From positions 2,167 to 66,166 of the IMG/VR virus record IMGVR_UViG_2816332652_000003: a stretch of 64,000 nt of DNA; one strand, given 5' to 3'. Positions 19,155-26,763 of the stretch are shown here, in pieces. The translations under genes and the position numbers were made by a program. The notes under the pieces were generated by a model. That model ran no database searches, had not been told where the DNA came from, and saw nothing but the letters and a program-made list of their open reading frames with translations. This DNA is from a virus. Numbering within the stretch: the first letter of the stretch is position 1; the number at the start of each line of letters is the position of its first letter.

Positions 19155-19305
19155 TATCTCTACCTCTATTCTTTTTCTATTAAACACAACAATACCATTA
19201 TAGTCCATCTTAGTATGTAATTAAGAGAGTGAATTATTGACCCAAATGAGAACCCTACATGACCTCGTTTAGAGATCATGTTGAACCCCACAAGACTATT
19301 TTCCC

Positions 19306-19325
19306 GTGATACATTAGGAACATAG
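19306..19325 (+). promoter_or_regulatory. Late-promoter-like motif, copy 2, preceded by TTGACCC/TTGAACCC repeats
   Basis: GTGATACATTAGGAACATAG; repeats at about 19238 and 19281. Confidence 0.5.
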
Positions 19326-19460
19326 AAAAAGGTGCGAATGAAATGCACAGCCGCACATACGGCATATGACTGGGACGTTCCTATTCTCGCCTTTTCTATT
19401 TTCAGGATTATCATTCCGTGAGCTTCAACGATATGATCATGTCGAGGTAATGCTCGGTAT
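19322..19460 (+). ncRNA. Putative structured RNA leader
   Basis: Closing stem ATAGAAAAAGG(19322) with CCTTTTCTAT(to 19399) encloses hairpins GCCG-CACATA-CGGC and GTGC..GCAC; a second GAGC..GCTC domain follows. Confidence 0.4.
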
Positions 19461-19503
19461 GATATGTAGCAAGAAGACGTTCCATTGAGAGAGGAGAAAG
19501 ATA

Positions 19504-19767
19504 ATGGATTCAACTATTAATGAGGAATTACAAGAAACAGCAATTGCATTTCTAAAGTGGGCTAGAAACACGCTTGAGAATGAGCCAGCTAATTTCGAAA
19601 CAATGAATTTGGTCCCTCAAGTTTCAGAAGTAGCTTGCACTATAATTACTCACTTAAGAGATCAGGGAGCTGGAGAGAGCCCTGAACATTATGTTCAAAA
19701 GCTCCAGCAACCACAAATAAAAGAATTAATATGTAAGACTATTTCTGAGTCTCTAAATAAGTTGTAA
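19504..19767 (+). CDS. Hypothetical accessory protein
   Basis: Strong RBS GAGAGGAG. Confidence 0.6.
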   Translation: MDSTINEELQETAIAFLKWARNTLENEPANFETMNLVPQVSEVACTIITHLRDQGAGESPEHYVQKLQQPQIKELICKTISESLNKL

Positions 19768-19987
19768 GTTCTTTGTGATATTGTTTTAGAACTTTGTTTG
19801 TCAATGAAGCTGATGCAGCTAATGTAATAGACGAAAGCATAATTAGTTCGGCGCGATCACCTACAAGTGATTGTAAACTTGCATAATTAGGTCCTTTTAT
19901 CGCTTCGTTAAGATTGTCTACAATAGCATCGGTTAATTCGGAAACCAATTCCTTTGTAACTCTATCAAAATCAAATTCAAAACTCAT
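19739..19987 (-). CDS. Hypothetical accessory protein
   Basis: RBS AAGGAGAG on the minus strand; 3' end overlaps 19504-19767. Confidence 0.6.
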   Translation of the reverse strand: MSFEFDFDRVTKELVSELTDAIVDNLNEAIKGPNYASLQSLVGDRAELIMLSSITLAASASLTNKVLKQYHKELTTYLETQK

Positions 19988-20339
19988 GTTTAATCTCTCC
20001 TTAAATAAAGTGTTGTGTGCAAATTACATTTTAGCAGAAAGAGGAAATAGCATGTTGGACTAATTACGAATTAGCAAGCAATCCGTAGTAAATGACGGGT
20101 TTGTTCCAGCTCATCGGGACTCACCCGTTTTCTGTTCCTTGACCTGCATATGGTAGCTTCAGTAAAATGGTCTTGTTCTTCCTCTAAAGTTACATAGTAC
20201 GTATGCATTTAAAGCAAAGAGCGTAGCGTTTTTGCGGCGACCGTTTCGGGCGCATGCTTTTAAGACGTATCACCAACATAATACATATCATTTTAAAGTC
20301 GTTCCTTATGGATCGGCTTTTTTTATTGGAGGAATTGAA

Positions 20340-20495
20340 GTGATCAGCAGCAGAAGACGGAAGAAGCAACGCATCCGTCTCAACAAGCAGCCAGAGAAAT
20401 GCAAAGGATGTGTATGGGGTAGATGGGATGGAGTGAAGCAGTTCTGTAGTAGACCTGTCTGCCCAAAAGAGGTAAAATATCCCTATCATATTTGA
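20340..20495 (+). CDS. Cys-rich micro-protein, copy 2 (51 aa, GTG start)
   Basis: Preceded by a terminator and GGAGG; KQPEKCKGCVWGRWDGVKQFCSRPVC. Confidence 0.65.
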   Translation: MISSRRRKKQRIRLNKQPEKCKGCVWGRWDGVKQFCSRPVCPKEVKYPYHI

Positions 20496-20512
20496 CATGG
20501 AAGGGAATTTAG

Positions 20513-21151
20513 ATGAGCGAAATTGATTATACTGGCTTGCTATTAATACCAGTAGCTACTGCACTCCTTACTACAGGAGCATTGTTAATTAAAGAATGGT
20601 TTCAAAGTAGCAATGCTACCAAAAGGGCTCTAACCGAGAAAAAGTTGGTTGAACTTTACAACCATTTGTACAGCACGGTTATTCGATACGAAGGAAGGTT
20701 GAGCATAAAATATAATAAAGAAGTCTATGATGTTGATCCGAACGGAAAAGAGATGTATAGGGAGATACCTGAGGCCGAAGATCCTGAAGTATGGGAAGAA
20801 GCTATCCAAAACGTCTCAAATGAAATTTATAATAAGATACATCTTTTAGAATATGATGATCTTGTTCTATGGCTTAAAGTTGAAAATGGTGCTCAAGAAG
20901 AATATGCACTGGAAGAACACTCTGTTAATAAAGCCCTGTCATATCGGAATTTTAGCAAAAATGTTAAGAAAAGCTATGGCCGATTATATAACGAATTCCA
21001 TTTAAGCACCCGAAAAAGGAAGAAAGCGAGAATCAAAGATATAAAAATCAGTATAAAGAATTTAAAACGAAATCCGTTTCTTGAGAAAGACGAGCGTAAG
21101 AAACAGAAAAAGAAGTTAAAAAAAGAAATTAAAACTATCAAGAGAACGTAG
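20513..21151 (+). CDS. Accessory protein with N-terminal TM helix and basic C-terminus
   Basis: GLLLIPVATALLTTGALLI; Lys/Arg-rich tail. Confidence 0.7.
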   Translation: MSEIDYTGLLLIPVATALLTTGALLIKEWFQSSNATKRALTEKKLVELYNHLYSTVIRYEGRLSIKYNKEVYDVDPNGKEMYREIPEAEDPEVWEEAIQNVSNEIYNKIHLLEYDDLVLWLKVENGAQEEYALEEHSVNKALSYRNFSKNVKKSYGRLYNEFHLSTRKRKKARIKDIKISIKNLKRNPFLEKDERKKQKKKLKKEIKTIKRT

Positions 21152-21325
21152 CACCCACAGTGGTGCTTTTTCTTTTGCTCTCATATGACAGAATGTGAGT
21201 CGGTTTAAGCTTCTCAGCATGAGAACGTCCGTTTGTAAGGATCAAACCATTGAAGAGCGGAGAACACCGTCTGATTGAGCGTACGCACGAATATGAAGCT
21301 CACCCAAACGTCGAAACCAACTCAA
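21150..21325 (+). repeat. ~175-nt conserved non-coding element, copy 1 (terminator + structured tract)
   Basis: Clearly homologous to 25427-25600. Confidence 0.8.
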
Positions 21326-21392
21326 CACAAATATTTATGTTCCTTCGCTCACATTTTGGAGGAAAAGGCTTGTTTTTGTTGAATTATTGTAG

Positions 21393-21941
21393 TTGAGGAG
21401 GGATTATATGGATATTCAAAAGTATCTTGATTCATTAAACAGCTCTGGTAAACACCATCTCGTTTTGGTTGTTGCTCCTAAAGGTGAATTTCCAACAGAT
21501 ATTATTGATCAAAAGTATTTGATGTTTGAGAAAAGCATTTTGAAAAATCCTAAATCTTATATAGGACTCTATGAAAATGAATTAGATGAGATTATGCAAT
21601 TCACAGCATTTCGGATATTTTTAAAAGATGAAGTAACTGATCACTACAATCTCCCATATAGCACTGTTGAGGGAAAGAAACGCGCGACCTCAGAAGAAGT
21701 TCTGAATTTCTTTGTGGTTAAGGAATTTTATAATCATGTGCCTCATGGAAATAAAAGTGAGGAAGATGCAATAACCGAAGGGACAGAGTCTGGAAGGGAA
21801 TTCCTGAAGAAGTACAATAATGATGAATACGAGTATGTTATCACTTCTTTGGGTAAGCACAGCAATGCTGCAAATGTATTGCTTGATATCAATTTCACGT
21901 CCAACGAGGCTTATCACTTCGACAAGGTTTATATTTATTAA
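21393..21941 (+). CDS. Accessory hypothetical protein (weak likeness to a relaxase fold)
   Basis: EFLKKYNNDEYEYVITSLGKHSNAANVLLDIN resembles MOBP motifs II-III without the His triad. Confidence 0.55.
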   Translation: MRRDYMDIQKYLDSLNSSGKHHLVLVVAPKGEFPTDIIDQKYLMFEKSILKNPKSYIGLYENELDEIMQFTAFRIFLKDEVTDHYNLPYSTVEGKKRATSEEVLNFFVVKEFYNHVPHGNKSEEDAITEGTESGREFLKKYNNDEYEYVITSLGKHSNAANVLLDINFTSNEAYHFDKVYIY

Positions 21942-22029
21942 GAGCTACAACTGTAATATACAAAGATGAAGGACTGACCAAAAGGTTAGTTCTTTTTTTG
22001 TTGCCACATTACTATAGGAGGTAGAGGAT

Positions 22030-22209
22030 ATGAACATCAGAATCGTGCCAATTGATCAGATTAATGCAGCAGCCTACAACCCCCGTGTTGACCTTCAACC
22101 TGGTGATGTTGAATATGAGAAGCTTCGCCGCAGTATAGAGGAATTCGGTTATGTGGAGCCGATTGTCTGGAATGAACTCACAGGGCATATGGTCGTCGGT
22201 CATCAGTGA
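22030..22209 (+). pseudogene. Truncated ParB-like phage gene
   Basis: YNPRVDLQPGDVEYEKLRRSIEEFGYVEPIVWN...VVGHQ then TGA where Arg is expected. Confidence 0.8.
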
Positions 22210-22213
22210 TACA

Positions 22214-22396
22214 AGAAAATACTCAATGAACAGCAAGGGTAAGATATTACTTGAAAGTAAAAAGAACATGAAGAAGCGCGGATTAAAATCACCGGACAGA
22301 GCTGACGCATATGTTCTCACCTTCGGTGAATATTTGATGGGAACACCACAGTCTATAATGCTTCCGTCAATAAGTAGTATGTCAATAAAAAGGTAA
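22214..22396 (+). pseudogene. Second, diverged copy of the terL 3' end (60 codons)
   Basis: 51 of 60 residues identical to the TerL C-terminus; many additional synonymous differences. Confidence 0.92.
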
Positions 22397-22427
22397 ACTG
22401 AAGATTCGATATCTCAGTCTTATAGTA

Positions 22428-22448
22428 GTGATAATATAAAGAGCATAG
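22428..22448 (+). promoter_or_regulatory. Late-promoter-like motif, copy 3
   Basis: GTGATAATATAAAGAGCATAG. Confidence 0.45.
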
Positions 22449-22800
22449 CAAACACACTAAAGGATTGAAGAATGCTTTGGCCCTCCCAAAGGGAAGGTAT
22501 GTTGGCAATCGAATGACCGTGAAACAGCAATACATCTAGGCAGAGAGGTTATGCCCTCTCCGGTGTGCCTAGTGCCCGTTATCGTACTATGACTCAAGCA
22601 TGCTGAGTGACCCAACAAGATTTTTAGTGACATCTTGCAGATGTGGCGGTGTTGGCGTGGGGGAAAGCGGATAGGATAATCGCTATTCTATTGTATCCTA
22701 TCAAGTGTAGCTGGAGGCATGTCCCTCCAAGGACTACTAGAAGGTTTGAATATGCTTTGCTCCTTCTTAGTGAGACATCCAAACGGGTGGTTCTTTTTTG
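22445..22800 (+). ncRNA. Putative large structured non-coding RNA (~350 nt)
   Basis: No credible ORF; at least 7 hairpins in series, ending in a U-tract terminator. Confidence 0.5.
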
Positions 22801-22877
22801 ATACTTGAACAGAGAGGGAACTGGAAGATGTTGTCGAATAATAACTAAAAACATCTAATTAAGGGGTTATAGACAAC

Positions 22878-24209
22878 ATGAAATTTTTATTTCCTGGTTA
22901 TTATAAACTTACTAACGTTGAATTAAGAGAATTGTGGGAAAGATGTAATTTTGTACTTGACACTAATACTCTGCTTAATCTTTTTAGATACCCAAAAGAA
23001 ACGAGTAACGTTATGTTGAAATTGCTCGAAAGTATTAAAGATAGGATTTGGATTCCGCATCAAGTAGCGCTAGAGTATCATAGAAATCTGGAAACGGTAT
23101 TATATGAACAAAAGAATGAGTACGAAACTCTTGAGAAAGAATGTATGTCTGAACTTTCTAAACTTATTTCAAAATTTAAAAAATTAAGACATTCTCATAT
23201 AAGTACTAATACTATGGTGCAGACATTAGAACAAAGTAGTGAAATCATAAGAAAAGAATTATCAAATCAACGTGAACAGCAACCTGATTTACAGGAAATA
23301 AAAAAAAGAATCAACAACTTGGTAGGAGAAAATATAGGATCACAATTTGAACAAGCTGAGTTGGTTAAAATATTCGCAGAGGGGGCTCAAAGGTACGGAA
23401 ATAAAGTCCCTCCTGGATATATGGATTCTAAGAAAAACTTCTCTTACCTTCATAATGGTATTGAATATCAGGCAGCATATGGAGATTTGATTTTTTGGAA
23501 ACAGACTCTAAAATACGCTCAAAATAAAGAGGTTAGTTCTATCATTTTAGTAAGCGATGATAGAAAAGAAGATTGGATTCTAGAAGTATCTGGTGAGAAA
23601 AAAGGAATACATCCGTACTTAACAAATGAATTTCATGATCAAAGCAAAGGTAAGTTATTTAACTCGTATAACTCTGTTCAATTTATTAGTGAAGCTGAGC
23701 ATTTTTTAGGATTTAAGAGTAGTGCAATTGTAAGTGATGTCATAAAGGAAATTGAAACTGTTTATAGTAAGGCGGATTCTTTCAAGGATAGTGAGAATCT
23801 AACTTATAATAATACTTTTAAGGAAAAATATAATTATAGAGAAAGACTCTATGATCATTATCTTGAAGATAAAAAGCGCAGAATAGGTGAAACAGAGTTT
23901 TACTTTTATAAATTTTTCTTTGACGTGAGTAAATCTTTTGTTGAAACAGAGGAAAGGAACAGCAATTCAGTTTATAATTCTAATAATCATAACGCTTTCC
24001 CAGTTATACTTAAAAAAATTGTAAAAGATTATATTATTAATGCCGAAATAGTTGAGATCAAATATGAAGGCGAATTTCTTACTGTAATAGTTGCAACTCC
24101 TTTTGAATTTGAATATTCTTCAATAGATAATCTAGCGGAAGCTATTAGTAAAGAAATGAATCAATACTATACTGAAGAAACTATTAGATTATTAAGAATA
24201 TTTGTCTAG
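22878..24209 (+). CDS. PIN-like domain protein (DUF4935 type), candidate defence RNase
   Basis: FVLDTNTLL, IWIPHQVALEY, YGDLIFW, VSDDRKEDW. Confidence 0.85.
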   Translation: MKFLFPGYYKLTNVELRELWERCNFVLDTNTLLNLFRYPKETSNVMLKLLESIKDRIWIPHQVALEYHRNLETVLYEQKNEYETLEKECMSELSKLISKFKKLRHSHISTNTMVQTLEQSSEIIRKELSNQREQQPDLQEIKKRINNLVGENIGSQFEQAELVKIFAEGAQRYGNKVPPGYMDSKKNFSYLHNGIEYQAAYGDLIFWKQTLKYAQNKEVSSIILVSDDRKEDWILEVSGEKKGIHPYLTNEFHDQSKGKLFNSYNSVQFISEAEHFLGFKSSAIVSDVIKEIETVYSKADSFKDSENLTYNNTFKEKYNYRERLYDHYLEDKKRRIGETEFYFYKFFFDVSKSFVETEERNSNSVYNSNNHNAFPVILKKIVKDYIINAEIVEIKYEGEFLTVIVATPFEFEYSSIDNLAEAISKEMNQYYTEETIRLLRIFV

Positions 24210-24590
24210 TAATTTAACTATGTTAAAACATTCTCTCTTTAATGAATGGTTTCTTTTATGTGTTCCGTGTTAAAGGTAAAAGCTTTCCAAAATGACCCTG
24301 ATATGTGACAGCTGAATTAGTAAATCAATATGCATACAAGAAGTGATATTAATTTGAATCTCGGCAAGAATAATGTGCCCTTTAATAGTCGATGGCCATT
24401 TCTAAGCCTGCATTCCCAATTGATTATGAAAAGAGGGGGAGGGAAAGAAAATGCCTAAAGTTACGTATAGATCAAAATTTTAGATGCCGCTACAGCTGAG
24501 GATGGGACAATAGATGAGTACAGTATGGGTTAAACCTATTGGAAAGCGACACCTAAGTTCGGATGCAATCAAAGAGCCACCTGTACCTTG

Positions 24591-24680
24591 ATGCAACCAG
24601 ACAAATGCAAAGGTCTCGTATGGGGCAGATGGGATGGAGTAAAGCAGTTTTGTAGTAATCCCTTTTTTTGAAAAATTTAA
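24591..24680 (+). pseudogene. Cys-rich micro-gene, copy 3 (degenerate)
   Basis: MQPDKCKGLVWGRWDGVKQFCSNP; the second Cys is replaced by Leu and the last Cys is missing. Confidence 0.7.
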
Positions 24681-24710
24681 AATAAACAAAATGAAGGGGG
24701 TGAGAGTGAC

Positions 24711-25427
24711 ATGGATAAACGGAAAGATTTATCAGCGCTGACTAACTTACTTGAAATTGATCCTGAATCGACTTTTAGCACAGCAATTGAATATACTATA
24801 AACCAGATGCCTTTTATAGGAAAGGTGTACAACACTTTGAAAATGAGGGCATTTGAGAAGAAAATAAATCGCTTAGAATCAAGATTGCATGTCTTATCTA
24901 ATCATTTATTGGAAAGGCCTGACGACCTCGTTAGTCAGTTCATTAAAAACAGAGCATTTCCCTTTATGTTAGATCAATTGTTAGAAGAACAACAAGAAGA
25001 AAAAACAGATTTGATAATGAATGGAATAGAATACATTTATGAACAAAGAATAACTGAAGAAAATAAGATGTTAATGCATTTTGATATTCTAAAAGAACTA
25101 AGAGTCAATGAGCTTAAATTCCTCTTAAGATTTACAGAGGAAGCTAAAGAAGTTGCTAGTAAAGAAGATCAACATGAGGAACCATCAGAAGATGAATGGA
25201 TTTACTATGAGTACATTATGACTCATCTCGAAGCACTAGGACTTATTGATACAGACGAAAGTTCTATTAATGTAACCAAGTTTAATATTGTAACTATTTT
25301 AAATGATATAGCTGCTAGTAAAGGGAAATATACCATACGTGCAACTCGACCGAGGCTAACAAAATTCGGGCATGAGTTTGTGAAATTTTTCGATTTAAAG
25401 TCATTAATAAGATTACCTGCACAGTAA
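24711..25427 (+). CDS. DUF4393/Abi-alpha-like accessory protein
   Basis: MPFIGKV...DILKELRVNELKFL...HLEALGLI...RLTKFGHEFVKF winged-helix-like ending. Confidence 0.55.
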   Translation: MDKRKDLSALTNLLEIDPESTFSTAIEYTINQMPFIGKVYNTLKMRAFEKKINRLESRLHVLSNHLLERPDDLVSQFIKNRAFPFMLDQLLEEQQEEKTDLIMNGIEYIYEQRITEENKMLMHFDILKELRVNELKFLLRFTEEAKEVASKEDQHEEPSEDEWIYYEYIMTHLEALGLIDTDESSINVTKFNIVTILNDIAASKGKYTIRATRPRLTKFGHEFVKFFDLKSLIRLPAQ

Positions 25428-25600
25428 GCACCCAACCGTGGTGCTTTTTCTTTTGCTCTCATATGATTAATATGAGCCGTTTTAAGCTTTATTCAGCAAG
25501 AATGTATTTGCAGGGATCAACCCGTTCAAGAGCGGAGAAGAGGCGCTGAGTGAGCGTATCCACGAATATGAAGCTAGTTCAGAAGTTGAAACCAACTCAA
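25427..25600 (+). repeat. ~175-nt conserved non-coding element, copy 2
   Basis: Homologous to 21150-21325. Confidence 0.8.
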
Positions 25601-25664
25601 TTTAAATAAGGATATTTTTGTTTATTTATAGTAAAATAATTACAAAAAATTAGGAGTTGGTATA

Positions 25665-26483
25665 GTGAGCACGTTTACTCAGAAGGAAGTCAAAAGAGCC
25701 ATCAGAGATTTTGAAGTTATTGCGACTTCTTTACTTAATGCTTCTTCGACTCATTTTTCAGCTAGAGTCACTCAATTTATTGATTTTATAGAAAGGAACC
25801 TTGTTATTAACTCAGTCCTAGGAGAATACCTTAATCTCCCAATAAATATTGAAGATATTGAATCGGATGAATCTGGGTGGTTACAGGTTTCTCTGCCTTC
25901 TGAGATGGACTATCAGATCGCATACATTTTACAGACTCTTGTATCTTTTAGACGGGATGAGAATGCTGTAATTAACTACACATTCCATCTATATAAAAAT
26001 AAAGGTATAGATTATAATATTCAATTATTTAATGAGGATATGTTGCAACCGATTGTACGGGAGATTTTTAATAGGTTAGAGGATTTAGTTGAAGACGAAG
26101 TTGAGGGGAAGGATAATATCCCGAGTTCCTCCTTATCTATTACACATATTGGAGATATTATCGCACATACAGGTAGTAATATTGCAGTAGGCAAGAACAT
26201 AACTCAAAATTTGAAAACAGGTGACATACGAACTGAAATCATAGATAAGCTCAAGGAACAAGGTGCTATTCCTGAAGATAAGATATCTGAAGTAGAGCCA
26301 ATAATTGCTGAGATTGAAGAGGTGTTAAGTGATGAGAGTAACCCTAATTCCGGAAAATTAAAAGATTTAGTTGGGAAAGTATACAACCTTGGAAAAAACG
26401 CTGCTTTAACTGTATTTAAGGATACTATAAAAGATCCACGCTGGTCTTCAGCTATCGCAGATTTCTTCCTTGGAGGAAACTAA
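25665..26483 (+). CDS. Accessory hypothetical protein
   Basis: 272-aa AT-rich ORF with RBS; no recognised motif. Confidence 0.7.
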   Translation: MSTFTQKEVKRAIRDFEVIATSLLNASSTHFSARVTQFIDFIERNLVINSVLGEYLNLPINIEDIESDESGWLQVSLPSEMDYQIAYILQTLVSFRRDENAVINYTFHLYKNKGIDYNIQLFNEDMLQPIVREIFNRLEDLVEDEVEGKDNIPSSSLSITHIGDIIAHTGSNIAVGKNITQNLKTGDIRTEIIDKLKEQGAIPEDKISEVEPIIAEIEEVLSDESNPNSGKLKDLVGKVYNLGKNAALTVFKDTIKDPRWSSAIADFFLGGN

Positions 26484-26763
26484 GATAAAAAGTTGCGATA
26501 CTATAAATAGTTGTTGACTTATCAGCAAAGAAAAGTCATTCCAACATTAGCGGTAAGATGCTTAATATAAACATAATCAAATCATGCTGTGATGGGAGAC
26601 TGTTGCAACTTTTTTTAGTGGGGGGGAGGTATGAGGATTGATGATTAAATCCGTAGTAACACTATAGTAACTCGATGATATTATTAATCCATAGAAGTAT
26701 GAAGAACTTTAGAAGGTAAGGAAACTTTTCCTGCCTTCTATTTTTATGTCTGGAGGTGAAACA

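Noticed and set aside
21270-21295. Hammerhead ribozyme core (CTGATTGA...CGAA) in the 175-nt element
   Set aside because: CUGA-NN-GA has an extra base, GAAA is replaced by GAAT, and no compatible stems I/III were found.
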